From Clostridia bacterium (GTDB lineage Bacteria; Bacillota; Clostridia; Oscillospirales; Acutalibacteraceae), in assembly GCA_024404025.1 (NCBI GenBank), contig JAKSQP010000013.1, forward strand, positions 6,258 through 70,257: 64,000 nucleotides of DNA, in the 5' to 3' direction. A model generated the notes under the pieces. The model did no database searches. It saw only the letters and a list, made by a program, of their open reading frames with translations, and was not told the DNA's origin. The position numbers were made by a program, and so were the translations under genes. Numbering within the stretch: the stretch's first letter is position 1; each line of letters begins with the position of its first letter. Positions 28,051 through 38,592 of the stretch are shown here, piece by piece.

Positions 28051-29379
28051 ATGGCAGGAAATGTTGTGGCAATAGTCGGCAGACCTAATGTCGGCAAATC
28101 CACTCTTTTCAATAAACTTACAGGCTCCAGGCTTTCTATCGTTGACGATACGCCGGGCGTTACCCGTGACAGAATTTACGGCGACTGTGAATGGCTCAAC
28201 AGGCATTTCATGCTCGTTGACACCGGTGGCATCGAGCCTAAATCAGACGATATAATTTTAAGCCAGATGAAAAGGCAGGCTCAGCTTGCCATTGACAGCG
28301 CAGAGGTCATCGTGCTTGTGACCGATGTTCGTTCGGGAGTTGTTGCAACCGATAAGGAGGTTGCCTCAATGCTCCAGAAGAGCGGAAAGCCCGTTATTCT
28401 CTGCGTCAACAAATGCGATTCGGTCGGCGAACCGCCGCTCGAATATTATGAATTCTATAATCTCGGCCTCGGTGACCCAATTGCCGTTTCGTCCGTTCAC
28501 GGCCACGGCACGGGCGACCTGCTTGACGAAATTCTGAAATATCTTCCCGAAGAAGAGGAAGAAGAGGACGACGATGAATATATAAAGGTCGCCGTTATCG
28601 GCAAACCGAACGTAGGCAAATCATCGCTTGTCAATGCCGTTTTGGGCGAAGACAGAATGATAGTTTCCGATATTGCCGGCACAACGAGAGATGCAACGGA
28701 TTCGGTAGTTGAAAATGAACACGGCAAATTCATTTTCATCGACACAGCCGGACTTCGCCGCAAGAGCAAGGTCTATGACCAGATTGAAAAATATTCGGTC
28801 ATCCGTGCAAGAATGGCGGTTGAAAGAGCGCAGGTCTGCGTAATTATGATCGACGCAACCGAAGGCTTCACGGAGCAGGATTCAAAGGTCGCCGGAATCG
28901 CTCACGAGCTGGGCAAGGGCTGCATAATTGCGGTCAACAAATGGGATGCCATAGAAAAAACGGGCAAAACAATGGATGAATTCCGCAAAAAGCTCATGAT
29001 AGATTTCTCATTTATGAACTATGCCCCGATAATATTTATTTCTGCAAAAGAAAAAATCAGACTTGACCGTCTGTTTGAGCTTATAAAATTCGTTGACACG
29101 CAGAACGCAATGAGAATTTCAACCGGCAAGCTCAACGAGCTTCTTGCAGACGCAACGGCGAGAGTTCAGCCGCCCTCGGACAAGGGCAGACGCCTCAAGA
29201 TTTTCTATATGACCCAGGCTTCAACAAGGCCGCCGACATTCGTCTGCTTTGTCAACAGAGCCGACCTTTTCCATTACAGTTATCAGAGATACATTGATAA
29301 TCAGATAAGAGAAGTTTTCGGCCTTGAAGGTACGCCGACAAAAATGATAATCCGTGAAAGAGAGTCAAACAAAACATGA
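28051..29379 (+). CDS. der: Ribosome biogenesis GTPase Der (EngA)
   Basis: Two G domains (GRPNVGKSTL...DTGG, GKPNVGKSSL...DTAG) and a C-terminal KH-like domain. Confidence 0.98.
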   Translation: MAGNVVAIVGRPNVGKSTLFNKLTGSRLSIVDDTPGVTRDRIYGDCEWLNRHFMLVDTGGIEPKSDDIILSQMKRQAQLAIDSAEVIVLVTDVRSGVVATDKEVASMLQKSGKPVILCVNKCDSVGEPPLEYYEFYNLGLGDPIAVSSVHGHGTGDLLDEILKYLPEEEEEEDDDEYIKVAVIGKPNVGKSSLVNAVLGEDRMIVSDIAGTTRDATDSVVENEHGKFIFIDTAGLRRKSKVYDQIEKYSVIRARMAVERAQVCVIMIDATEGFTEQDSKVAGIAHELGKGCIIAVNKWDAIEKTGKTMDEFRKKLMIDFSFMNYAPIIFISAKEKIRLDRLFELIKFVDTQNAMRISTGKLNELLADATARVQPPSDKGRRLKIFYMTQASTRPPTFVCFVNRADLFHYSYQRYIDNQIREVFGLEGTPTKMIIRERESNKT

Positions 29380-29858
29380 TAGTTCTGGGAATCGACCCCG
29401 GATACGCCATAGTCGGATGCGGAGTTGTTGAATACAAGGGCAATCATTTCAGAATGCTTGCCTACGGCGCAATAACCACCGAAGCTCATACTCCGTTCAA
29501 CGAGCGTATCGAAAAAATATATGATGAAGCCGACGAACTTATGAAGAAATTCAAGCCCGAGGCAATGGCTATCGAGAAACTGTTTTTCAACACCAATCAG
29601 AAAACGGCAATTGATGTTGCGCAGGCAAGAGGCGCTCTCGTTCTTGCGGCGCAGAAAAATCATATTCCCATATTTGAATATACTCCCCTCCAGGTCAAAC
29701 AGAGCGTTGTCGGCTACGGCAGAGCGGAGAAAAAACAGGTTCAGGAAATGACGAGAGTTATGCTGAATCTCGAAAAAATCCCGAAGCCCGACGATGCCGC
29801 CGATGCTCTCGCCATGGCTATCTGCCACTGCCACAGCGCAGGCTCACTGCTCAAGTGA
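29376..29858 (+). CDS. ruvC: Holliday junction resolvase RuvC
   Basis: LGIDPG, AIEKLFF, VAQARG and DDAADALAMAICH motifs. Confidence 0.97.
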   Translation: MIVLGIDPGYAIVGCGVVEYKGNHFRMLAYGAITTEAHTPFNERIEKIYDEADELMKKFKPEAMAIEKLFFNTNQKTAIDVAQARGALVLAAQKNHIPIFEYTPLQVKQSVVGYGRAEKKQVQEMTRVMLNLEKIPKPDDAADALAMAICHCHSAGSLLK

Positions 29859-29906
29859 TTTTAAGATTTATTTCAGACTTTTACATAATTTAAAAGAGGT
29901 ATTTCT

Positions 29907-30812
29907 ATGTCCAAATCTCTTCTCGAAATTCTCTTTGACAATCTTTTTGACGGAATATCTGATGCTTTGGGACTTGATACTCCTGAATGGATAGGAAAGC
30001 ACGGGGAAAAGCTGACCGAAAAAGAGCTTAAATTTGTTAAGTTTATGGGCAAAAAAGGCTTAACCCTAAAAAATATATATGTTCCTAAAGATAACGGCGA
30101 AACAAGCGAAATTGATGTTGTATATATAACTCAAAAAGGTATATTCGTTATTGAAAGCAAAAATTATTCTGGATGGATTTTCGGAAGTGATAATTCGTAT
30201 TATTGGACTGCCATGCTCCCGAATAAAGAGAAAAACAAGTTTTATAATCCGATTCTGCAAAACAAAACTCATATAAAATGGCTTTCAAATTATCTTGAAG
30301 AAGATATACCGCTGTTTTCCCTGATTGTTTTTTCAGAAAGATGTGAAATTAAAAAGGCTCCGGAAAAAACTCCGTATGTCAGAGTTCTTAAGCGTGACAG
30401 AATTTACGCTCATATAAGAGAAATATGGGAAAGCAGCGAAGACAAGCTCAGTGAAGAAAAAATTAATGAGATATACGAAAAATTAAAAATTCTCACCAAT
30501 GCAGACGAATCAATAAAGCAGGCACACATAAAGGATATTGAGCGAAAATATCAAAAACCAATTAAACAGGAAGAATTTTTTTCTTTGCAGGAACAAAAAC
30601 CGATAATCAATTCGTCAAATCAATCTGATTCACCAATTTCAAACGAAACAGTTGAAGAAATTCCTTCGGAAAATGATGATATAACAAAAGAAAAATTATG
30701 TCCTAAATGCGGCAGTAAGCTTGTACTTCGAACAGCAAAGAAAGGCGAAAATGCAGGAAAACAGTTCTATGGATGCTCCGCCTTTCCCAAATGCAGACAT
30801 ATTGAAAATTAA
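29907..30812 (+). CDS. NERD-domain nuclease with a C-terminal topoisomerase-type C4 zinc finger
   Basis: G..GE, SEIDVV, VIESKNYSGWIFG and NPILQNKTH (NERD); CPKCGSKLVLRT...GKQFYGCSAFPKC (zf-C4). Visibly AT-rich. Confidence 0.9.
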   Translation: MSKSLLEILFDNLFDGISDALGLDTPEWIGKHGEKLTEKELKFVKFMGKKGLTLKNIYVPKDNGETSEIDVVYITQKGIFVIESKNYSGWIFGSDNSYYWTAMLPNKEKNKFYNPILQNKTHIKWLSNYLEEDIPLFSLIVFSERCEIKKAPEKTPYVRVLKRDRIYAHIREIWESSEDKLSEEKINEIYEKLKILTNADESIKQAHIKDIERKYQKPIKQEEFFSLQEQKPIINSSNQSDSPISNETVEEIPSENDDITKEKLCPKCGSKLVLRTAKKGENAGKQFYGCSAFPKCRHIEN

Positions 30813-30862
30813 TAATATATAGCAGATTTGATACCAGAATTACCAAAAGGTGTTGATAAAAA

Positions 30863-31471
30863 ATGTTTTACAGTATTACCGGCAAGGTTGTTTTTTCAGA
30901 CGAATCAAGCATAGCAATCGACTGCTCCGGCGTTGCATTCCGTCTTTTTACAACGCATAATACTCTTAAGAAATGCGCTCCCGTGGGAGAAACACAGACT
31001 CTTTATACTCACCTCAATGTGAGAGAGGATGCGCTTGATCTTTTCGGATTTGCAGACAAGAGCGAGCTTGACTGCTTCAAAATGCTTACCGGCGTTTCCG
31101 GAGTCGGTCCGAAAGCGGCGCTTGCGATTCTTTCGCAGTTTACCCCCGATATGCTCGCAGTCAGCATCGAGGGCGGAGATGTTAAAGCCATCACCGCTGC
31201 GCAGGGAGTCGGTCCGAAGCTTGCGCAGAGAGTTGTGCTTGAGCTTAAAGGAAAGCTTGATTCATTTGCTCTCTCATCGGAGGCAATGGGCAACGTTGCC
31301 GCCGCAAAAAAAGCATCGATCAGCTATGCCGGCGAGGATGCGGTCAATGCCCTCACCATGCTCGGCTATTCACGCTCGGAAGCCAGCATCGCAGTCGGCA
31401 GACTTGACGGAAATCTTTCAACCGAGGAAATGATAAAGCAGGCGTTGAAACTCCTTTCAAAGAATTTTTAA
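30863..31471 (+). CDS. ruvA: Holliday junction branch migration protein RuvA
   Basis: VREDALDLFGF, LTGVSGVGPKAAL and GVGPKLAQRVVLELKGK motifs. Confidence 0.96.
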   Translation: MFYSITGKVVFSDESSIAIDCSGVAFRLFTTHNTLKKCAPVGETQTLYTHLNVREDALDLFGFADKSELDCFKMLTGVSGVGPKAALAILSQFTPDMLAVSIEGGDVKAITAAQGVGPKLAQRVVLELKGKLDSFALSSEAMGNVAAAKKASISYAGEDAVNALTMLGYSRSEASIAVGRLDGNLSTEEMIKQALKLLSKNF

Positions 31472-31484
31472 CGGAGAGATATAA

Positions 31485-32510
31485 ATGGATTTTGATTTTG
31501 AAAACCGCATAATCAGCAATGAGTATTCCCCGGCAGAGGACAGCGACATTGAGCTTTCTCTGCGCCCGAAAACTCTTGATGAATATATCGGCCAGGAAAA
31601 AGTTAAAGAAAGTCTTTCGATATATATAGAAGCTGCCCGCCGCAGAAGCGAGCCTCTTGACCATGTTCTGCTCTACGGCCCTCCCGGCCTCGGCAAAACA
31701 ACCCTTGCAGGCATAATCGCAAATGAAATGGGAGTTAATTTCAGAGTAACGAGCGGACCTGCAATAGAAAAGCCCGGCGATCTTGCCGCTCTGCTCACAA
31801 ATCTTGAAGAGGGAGATGTGCTTTTCATTGATGAGATCCACCGCCTTTCAAGAGCGGTTGAAGAGGTGCTTTATCCCGCAATGGAGGATAATGTGCTTGA
31901 TATAATCATCGGCAAAGGTCCCTCCGCCCGCTCGATCAGGCTTGACCTTCACCGCTTTACCCTTGTCGGTGCAACAACAAGAGCCGGCCAATTGAGCGCT
32001 CCCCTGCGTGACCGTTTCGGAGTTATTAGCCGCCTTGAACTTTATTCTCCGAAGGAGCTTTCCGAAATCGTCACAAGAAGTGCAGGCATTCTCGGAATCG
32101 ACATTGATCCCGAAGGCTCGCTCGAAATCGCCTCCCGCTCAAGAGGAACGCCGAGAATTGCAAACCGTCTGCTCAAAAGGGCAAGAGATTATGCGCAGGT
32201 CATCTGCGACGGAGCGATAACGAAAGAAGCCTCCTCCGTTGCTCTCGATAAGATGGAAATCGACGCTCTCGGTCTTGATTCAATTGACAGACTGATTCTT
32301 AAAACGATGATAAAGAATTACGCAGGCGGTCCCGTCGGACTTGAAACCATAGCCGCCGCCATAGGCGAAGAAGCCGTAACGATAGAGGATGTTTATGAGC
32401 CTTATCTTATGCAGATAGGCTTCCTCAGCAGAACTCCGAGAGGCAGGTGCGTTACTCCTGCCGGCTATGCTCATCTCGGCATCCCGATGCCCGGTCAGCA
32501 GCATTTTTGA
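31485..32510 (+). CDS. ruvB: Holliday junction branch migration ATPase RuvB
   Basis: [31 protein letters not shown] and [11 protein letters not shown] motifs. Confidence 0.98.
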   Translation: MDFDFENRIISNEYSPAEDSDIELSLRPKTLDEYIGQEKVKESLSIYIEAARRRSEPLDHVLLYGPPGLGKTTLAGIIANEMGVNFRVTSGPAIEKPGDLAALLTNLEEGDVLFIDEIHRLSRAVEEVLYPAMEDNVLDIIIGKGPSARSIRLDLHRFTLVGATTRAGQLSAPLRDRFGVISRLELYSPKELSEIVTRSAGILGIDIDPEGSLEIASRSRGTPRIANRLLKRARDYAQVICDGAITKEASSVALDKMEIDALGLDSIDRLILKTMIKNYAGGPVGLETIAAAIGEEAVTIEDVYEPYLMQIGFLSRTPRGRCVTPAGYAHLGIPMPGQQHF

Positions 32511-32526
32511 TTGAAAGGTAATTATT

Positions 32527-33420
32527 ATGAGAACAGCAGATCTCTGGAAAGATTATGAGCTTATAGACTGCTCCGACGGAGAAAGACTTGAAAGATGGAA
32601 GAATATTATCCTCGTGCGCCCCGATCCGCAGGTAATATGGAAAACTCCGAAGGAAAATCCGCTCTGGTATGATCCTCACGCCGTTTATAACCGTTCAAAC
32701 ACCGGCGGCGGAAGTTGGCAGGTCAGAAAAAAGATGCCGGATGTGTGGCAGGTTGGATTTGAAAACCTTAATTTCAACATCAAAACAATGGGCTTCAAGC
32801 ATACCGGATTATTCCCCGAGCAGGCGGTCAACTGGAAAATGACTGCCGACATCATCCGCAATGCAGGCAGACCCGTTAAGGTGCTTAATCTTTTCGCATA
32901 CACGGGCGGAGCAACCGTTGCCGCTCTTGAAGCCGGCGCAAGTGTTACTCATGTTGATGCTTCAAAGGGTATGACGCTCTGGGCAAAAGAAAATGCCGCC
33001 GCAAGCTATCTGACGGAATCGCCCGTCCGCTGGCTCGTTGACGACTGCATAAAATTTGTTCAGCGTGAGATCCGCAGAGGCAACAAATATGACATAATAA
33101 TCATGGATCCACCGTCATACGGCAGAGGACCCGGCGGAGAAGTATGGAAGCTCGAAAACGAGGTTTACGGCTTTGTTGAAATGTGTTCGGAGCTATTGAC
33201 AGAGGATTCCCTTATGGTCCTCATTAATTCTTACACAACCGGTCTTTCACCGAGCGTTATGGAATATATTCTCGGCGAAACGATTGAAAAGAAATTCGGC
33301 GGCTCAACGCAGAGCGACGAAATCGGCCTTCCCGTTTCGTCAAAGCCGGGCAGAGTGCTTCCCTGCGGAGCAAGCGCAATATGGCTCGGAAAAAGTTTAA
33401 AACAGCAGGTCAATATATGA
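32527..33420 (+). CDS. Class I SAM-dependent methyltransferase (RlmI/RlmK-like)
   Basis: KHTGLFPEQ, VLNLFAYTGG, HVDAS and IIMDPPSYGRG motifs. Confidence 0.9.
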   Translation: MRTADLWKDYELIDCSDGERLERWKNIILVRPDPQVIWKTPKENPLWYDPHAVYNRSNTGGGSWQVRKKMPDVWQVGFENLNFNIKTMGFKHTGLFPEQAVNWKMTADIIRNAGRPVKVLNLFAYTGGATVAALEAGASVTHVDASKGMTLWAKENAAASYLTESPVRWLVDDCIKFVQREIRRGNKYDIIIMDPPSYGRGPGGEVWKLENEVYGFVEMCSELLTEDSLMVLINSYTTGLSPSVMEYILGETIEKKFGGSTQSDEIGLPVSSKPGRVLPCGASAIWLGKSLKQQVNI

Positions 33421-34265
33421 AAGAAAAATTAATCGAATTCAATAATGTATCGTTTGCTTATGAAGCTGATGAGGAAGCCCCTTCTGAAAAGAAAGAAGCC
33501 CTCTCCGGCGTAAGTCTTGATATTTTCAAGGGTGAATTTCTTGCCGTTCTCGGCCATAACGGCTCCGGCAAAAGCACCCTTGCAAAGCTCTGCAATGCGA
33601 TCTTTGAGCCGACGCAGGGAACCGTTTCCGTTAAGGGAATCATCCCCGACACGGAGGAAAAGGCAGACGAAGTGCGCCGCACGGTAGGTATGGTTTTTCA
33701 GAATCCCGATAATCAGATAGTTGCAACCATTGTTGAAGATGATGTTGCGTTCGGCCCCGAAAATCTCGGAATCGAGCCCAAAGAGATTCGCAGAAGAGTT
33801 GATGAAGCTCTTAAGGCGGTCAATATGTATGACCTTCGCCACCGTGAGCCGCATAAGCTTTCGGGCGGTCAGAAACAGAGAGTTGCAATTGCCGGCGTCA
33901 TTGCCATGCAGACCGAATGTATCATTTTCGATGAGCCGACTGCAATGCTTGATCCGAAAGGCCGGGAAGAGGTTATGCAGACCATCATCCGCCTCAATAA
34001 AGAACTCGGTATCACGATCGTTCTCATCACGCATTTTATGGACGAAGCCGTTCAGGCAGACCGAATTGCGGTTATGAACAAAGGCAGAATCATTATGCAG
34101 GGCACGCCGAGAGAAGTCTTTTCTCAGGAAGAAAAGCTTTCGGAATGCGGACTTGACCTGCCGCAGTCAACGGAGCTTTGCAGAAGACTCGGAATAAAAG
34201 ACACAGTTCTGAATGTTCGGGAATGTGTTGAAAAAATAACATCAATGCTCGGAGGTGCTGTATGA
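33417..34265 (+). CDS. ecfA1: ECF transporter ATPase A1
   Basis: GHNGSGKST, VFQNPDNQIV, LSGGQKQRVAIA and DEPTAMLDP motifs. Start set at ATG 33417. Confidence 0.93.
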   Translation: MKEKLIEFNNVSFAYEADEEAPSEKKEALSGVSLDIFKGEFLAVLGHNGSGKSTLAKLCNAIFEPTQGTVSVKGIIPDTEEKADEVRRTVGMVFQNPDNQIVATIVEDDVAFGPENLGIEPKEIRRRVDEALKAVNMYDLRHREPHKLSGGQKQRVAIAGVIAMQTECIIFDEPTAMLDPKGREEVMQTIIRLNKELGITIVLITHFMDEAVQADRIAVMNKGRIIMQGTPREVFSQEEKLSECGLDLPQSTELCRRLGIKDTVLNVRECVEKITSMLGGAV

Positions 34266-35131
34266 GTTATGTCATAGAGGCCAAAGGGCTCAGCCATTGC
34301 TATCCGGACGGAACATCCCGGCAGGTTTATGCCGTTAAAAATATAGATTTTTCAGTTGAAAAAGGAGAACTGGTCGGCATAATCGGCCACACCGGTTCGG
34401 GCAAAAGCACGCTCATTTCCCATTTCAACGGTCTCCTCAAGCCGACATCCGGTCAGATCCTCGTTGACGGAGAAGATATATGGAAGGATAAGGAAACCCT
34501 TCGCCATTCAAGATTCAAGGTCGGTCTCTGCTTCCAATATCCCGAATACCAGCTTTTTGAAGAAACCGTTTTCAAAGATATTGCATTCGGTCCAAAAAAC
34601 ATGAAGCTCTCCGATTCCGAAATCAAGGAAAGAGTGCTTCGGGCAGCCGAATATGCCGGAATAAAAAAGGAGCTTCTTGACAAATCACCGTTCGATCTTT
34701 CCGGAGGCGAAAAAAGAAGAGCCGCCATTGCCGGAGTTATGGCGATGGAGCCTGAAGTCATCATCTTTGATGAGCCAGCCGCCGGACTTGACCCGAAAGG
34801 AAGAAAAGACCTTATAAAGCTTATCCGGGATTACCGTGACCGCACCGGCTCGGCAATCATAATCGTTTCTCACAGCATGGAGGATATGGCTTCCCTTGCT
34901 GACCGCATAGCCGTTATGAACTGCGGCGAGATCGCAATGCAGGGAACAGTTGATGAAATCTATTCACAGGGCGAAAAGCTCCGCTCAATCGGGCTGAATG
35001 TTCCCGAAATAACGGAAATCTTTGCTTCTCTTCGTGCAAACGGAATTGATGTGCCCTCAAATGTTTATACGATTGAGCAGGGCTCGGAAATTCTCGAAAA
35101 ACTTATGGGAGGTGTTCATCATGACAGGTGA
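34262..35131 (+). CDS. ecfA2: ECF transporter ATPase A2
   Basis: GHTGSGKST, FQYPEYQLFEETV and SPFDLSGGEKRRAAIA motifs. Confidence 0.93.
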   Translation: MSYVIEAKGLSHCYPDGTSRQVYAVKNIDFSVEKGELVGIIGHTGSGKSTLISHFNGLLKPTSGQILVDGEDIWKDKETLRHSRFKVGLCFQYPEYQLFEETVFKDIAFGPKNMKLSDSEIKERVLRAAEYAGIKKELLDKSPFDLSGGEKRRAAIAGVMAMEPEVIIFDEPAAGLDPKGRKDLIKLIRDYRDRTGSAIIIVSHSMEDMASLADRIAVMNCGEIAMQGTVDEIYSQGEKLRSIGLNVPEITEIFASLRANGIDVPSNVYTIEQGSEILEKLMGGVHHDR

Positions 35132-35936
35132 AATCACCTTCGGCCAATATTTTTCCGGCTCTTCCGTGCTTCACAGAGCCGACCCGAGAGTTAAACTGAT
35201 AACCTCATTCTGGCTCATCGTTGTTATTTTCGTATGCAGAAATTTCTTTTCGCTCGGCGTAGTTGCTCTTTCGGCGCTCATCTCGGCTCTCGTTTCAAGA
35301 GTACCCGCCAAGATGATTCTTAAGAGCCTCAAACCGATTGTTATCATTCTCATTTTCACCGCCGTTCTCAATATTTTCTATTCCAAGGGCGGTGAAACCT
35401 ATTTTGAATGGTGGAAAATCTGCATCACGGAAAAAGGCGTCAACACGGCAATATTCACAATGATCAGAATCATTTCACTTGTAGTCATAAGCTCGATCCT
35501 GACCTACACAACTACCCCAACTGCGCTCACCGACGGCCTTGAAAGAGTTCTTTCTCCGCTTAAGGTGTTCAAAATAAAAGTGCATACCCTTGCAATGATG
35601 ATGACCCTTGCGCTTCGCTTCATCCCGACTTTGATTCGTGAAATCGAAAGAATAATGAATGCGCAGAAGGCAAGAGGTGCAGACCTTGAAACCGGAGGAA
35701 TCGTTCAGAGAGCGAAAGCGCTCGTTCCGATTTTCATTCCGCTTATGGTTTCATCCTTCCGAAGAGCCTATGAGCTTGCCCTCGCAATGACCTGCCGCTG
35801 CTACACCGGCGGAGAAGGCAGAACAAGAATGAAACAGATGAAAATATCATTCAGAGATATTATGCTCATTCTCTATTGCGCCGCCGCAACCGCAGGCATC
35901 ATCATTCTCAACATCTTCTTCGGGGCGGTGATATGA
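35121..35936 (+). CDS. ecfT: ECF transporter transmembrane component T
   Basis: ITFGQY..GSS.LHRADPRVK, ALRFIPTL and AQKARGAD motifs. Start set at ATG 35121. Confidence 0.93.
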   Translation: MTGEITFGQYFSGSSVLHRADPRVKLITSFWLIVVIFVCRNFFSLGVVALSALISALVSRVPAKMILKSLKPIVIILIFTAVLNIFYSKGGETYFEWWKICITEKGVNTAIFTMIRIISLVVISSILTYTTTPTALTDGLERVLSPLKVFKIKVHTLAMMMTLALRFIPTLIREIERIMNAQKARGADLETGGIVQRAKALVPIFIPLMVSSFRRAYELALAMTCRCYTGGEGRTRMKQMKISFRDIMLILYCAAATAGIIILNIFFGAVI

Positions 35937-36694
35937 TGAGAAATCTTCTGTTGACTATCTCGTTTGACGGCTCGGCATATCACGGCTGGCAGGTGCAGGA
36001 CAACGCAAAAACCATTCAGCAGACGCTCCAGGACGGACTTGAGCAGATCCTTCAAAAGCGTGATAACATTGTCGGCTGTTCCCGCACGGATGCCGGAGTT
36101 CACGCAAATATGTATTGCTGCAATCTTCGGACCGAAAGTGAAATCCCCTGCTCAAAGCTCGTTTCGGCTCTCAATGCCGTTCTTCCCCGTGACATAGCCG
36201 TTTCGGACTGCGCCGAGGTCGATTATGAATTTCATGCAAGATATGACTGCAAGTCAAAAGAATATATTTATAAAATTTATAATTCACCAATAAAAAATCC
36301 TTTCTTATATAAATATACATTACATTATAAATACCGTCTTGACGAAGAAATGCTTGACAGGCAGGCAAAGGATTTTATCGGCACTTACGATTTTTCCGCC
36401 TTCTGCGCCTCCGGAAGCAGCGTTGAAAGCATGGTCAGAACGGTTATGAACGCCTCTGTTGAGCGAAACGGAGATATGGTTATCTTTCGTGTTGAGGCGG
36501 ACGGATTCCTTTACAATATGGTGCGCATTATGGTCGGCACACTCATTGACATTTCAAGCGGAAAGATTCCGCAGGATTCAATAAAACAGATCATTACTTC
36601 AAAAAACAGATTTGCGGCGGGGCAGACTGCTCCCGCTCACGGACTTTATCTCAACAGAATAAGATACGGGGAGGTGCATCATGAAGAAGAATAA
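35933..36694 (+). CDS. truA: tRNA pseudouridine(38-40) synthase
   Basis: FDGSAYHGWQ, GCSRTDAGVHA, GFLYNMVRIMVG and TAPAHGLYL motifs. Confidence 0.96.
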   Translation: MMRNLLLTISFDGSAYHGWQVQDNAKTIQQTLQDGLEQILQKRDNIVGCSRTDAGVHANMYCCNLRTESEIPCSKLVSALNAVLPRDIAVSDCAEVDYEFHARYDCKSKEYIYKIYNSPIKNPFLYKYTLHYKYRLDEEMLDRQAKDFIGTYDFSAFCASGSSVESMVRTVMNASVERNGDMVIFRVEADGFLYNMVRIMVGTLIDISSGKIPQDSIKQIITSKNRFAAGQTAPAHGLYLNRIRYGEVHHEEE

Positions 36695-37874
36695 GCTTGC
36701 AAAAAAGAAAAAGGACAGGTCAATAATCAGCCTTAACAAAGTCAGAAAACAGCTTGCAACAAAAAAAGTTTTCCGGCTTCTGAAAATACCTGCCGTTATT
36801 CTCGTTCTGCTGGCTGCAATCTTTCTCAGCGCACGGCTTCTCGGAAATGTTGCAACCTCAAACGCAACCGATGCCCTGCGTGCGATTCCGTCGCTTTTTG
36901 CTCATTCAGGCTCATTCCCCTATCATACGGATTCGCTCAGCTTTCGCAAAGCAGACCTTATAGGCAACGATATGATCATTGTTTCGGCAGATAATGCGGC
37001 GGTAATTTCTTCATCTGCCAGAGAAAGAGAAATCTTTCAGCTTGATTCAGCCGATTCAAAGGTCATAACTGAAAACGGAAGAGCGCTGATTTTCAGCAAC
37101 ACCTCCGGCAAGGTTACACTTTTCGGCAAAACCGAAAAGCTCGGAAGCATTTCAGTCGATTCGCCCGTCAACATTGCAGCTCTTGCGGATAACGGTTATT
37201 TTGCGGTAAGTTATCCCTCCGAAAAAGTTCAGAGCGTTGTTGAAATCAGAAACAGCCGTTTCAAAAAGATGTTCCAATGGAACTGCTCAAAGGAATTTGT
37301 TTCAGCCATCGGCCTTTCGGACAATGGCAGAAATGTTGCTCTTGCCGCAATCGGCGCAGAGAATGCGGAGCCTTATTCAAGACTTCTCGTTTTTTCAACC
37401 GGAAACGAAGAACCGTCCGTTGACCTTCGCTTTAACGGCACGGCTTTGCTCAAAGCGGTTTACACATCATCAAACAGGATCATTGCCATCGGCGACAATA
37501 AAACGGTTGTCATCGACAAAAAAGGAAAAATCATCAGCGAAGAAAACTATCCGGAATCAAGTCTTGTTGCAGCCGACACCGATGATAACGGCAACACGGT
37601 CATTTGCTTCAGAGAATTCGGCGGCGCAAAATTCAGGCTCATCAGATATTCCTCCGGCGGAAAAGCGACCTGCAGCATAACCGTTGATTATACGCCCGAT
37701 GCAATCAGCATCCACGGCAGCAGATTTGCGGTTTCATCCGGAAACGAAATCAGAACTTATTCAACAAGAGGAGAAGAGCTGAAAACCATTACGGCGGATA
37801 ACCGCATAAAAGAGCTTCTCATTTCGGCAAATAACATCTACACGGTTGAGGGCAGCTCAATCTGCAAATATTAA
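36681..37874 (+). CDS. DUF5711-like membrane-anchored beta-propeller protein
   Basis: Basic N-terminus, a TM helix, and repeated beta-strand-rich units; sits before cvpA. Confidence 0.7.
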   Translation: MKKNKLAKKKKDRSIISLNKVRKQLATKKVFRLLKIPAVILVLLAAIFLSARLLGNVATSNATDALRAIPSLFAHSGSFPYHTDSLSFRKADLIGNDMIIVSADNAAVISSSAREREIFQLDSADSKVITENGRALIFSNTSGKVTLFGKTEKLGSISVDSPVNIAALADNGYFAVSYPSEKVQSVVEIRNSRFKKMFQWNCSKEFVSAIGLSDNGRNVALAAIGAENAEPYSRLLVFSTGNEEPSVDLRFNGTALLKAVYTSSNRIIAIGDNKTVVIDKKGKIISEENYPESSLVAADTDDNGNTVICFREFGGAKFRLIRYSSGGKATCSITVDYTPDAISIHGSRFAVSSGNEIRTYSTRGEELKTITADNRIKELLISANNIYTVEGSSICKY

Positions 37875-37886
37875 GGAGGCCTGCAG

Positions 37887-38570
37887 ATGCATATTTCAGG
37901 TATGATCATTGATGCTTTGATCATAATCATTTTTGCCGTCAGTATCCTTTCGGGCAAATCAAAGGGATTTGTCAGAATTGCCGCAACTCTTGCTTTTTCG
38001 ATCATCGGCATTTTTGTTGCAAAGGCACTTGCACAGCCGCTTGCTCAATGGCTGACGGATAATTTCGTTCACGAAAGACTTCTGAATTATTTTTCGGATG
38101 TTCTTACACAAAATGTTGAAAACGGCACGGACGCTGCAATTGCGGCGCTTCCCGAATTCATTTCGGCAGCGGCAGCCAATGCAGGCGTTTCGCTTAAGGA
38201 TATTATCGGAAATTCATTTTCCGCCGTTCAAATTGATCCTATTGCCGAAAAACTGACTGCATCAGCCGAAACCGTTCTTCATCCCGTAATCACGGGAGTA
38301 AGTTATGTTCTGGCGTTCATCGCATTCAAAATTGTTTCATCTGTTGCAGTTGCTCTTGTTTCGTTCATCTTCAAAATGCCGGTATTAAAAACGGTCAACC
38401 GTCTTCTCGGAGCCGGTCTCGGCGCTGTAAAGGGTCTGATCATTGTTTTGGTTATCTGCAGTCTGCTTCTGCTCTTTCAGGATACTCTTGCTTCCTCTGA
38501 TTTTGCCGAAGCGATCGAATCATCAAATCTTGTTCATGTTTTCGGCAGACCTCTTGCCGGATTAATGTGA
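37887..38570 (+). CDS. CvpA (colicin V production) family membrane protein
   Basis: IIDALII...G..KGFVR and 'VNRLLGAGLGAVKG' motifs. Confidence 0.85.
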   Translation: MHISGMIIDALIIIIFAVSILSGKSKGFVRIAATLAFSIIGIFVAKALAQPLAQWLTDNFVHERLLNYFSDVLTQNVENGTDAAIAALPEFISAAAANAGVSLKDIIGNSFSAVQIDPIAEKLTASAETVLHPVITGVSYVLAFIAFKIVSSVAVALVSFIFKMPVLKTVNRLLGAGLGAVKGLIIVLVICSLLLLFQDTLASSDFAEAIESSNLVHVFGRPLAGLM

Positions 38571-38592
38571 GCTTATATTACGGAGGTTAATT

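Noticed and set aside
28550-28580. GAA/GAC run in der
   Set aside because: It encodes the normal acidic linker between the two G domains.
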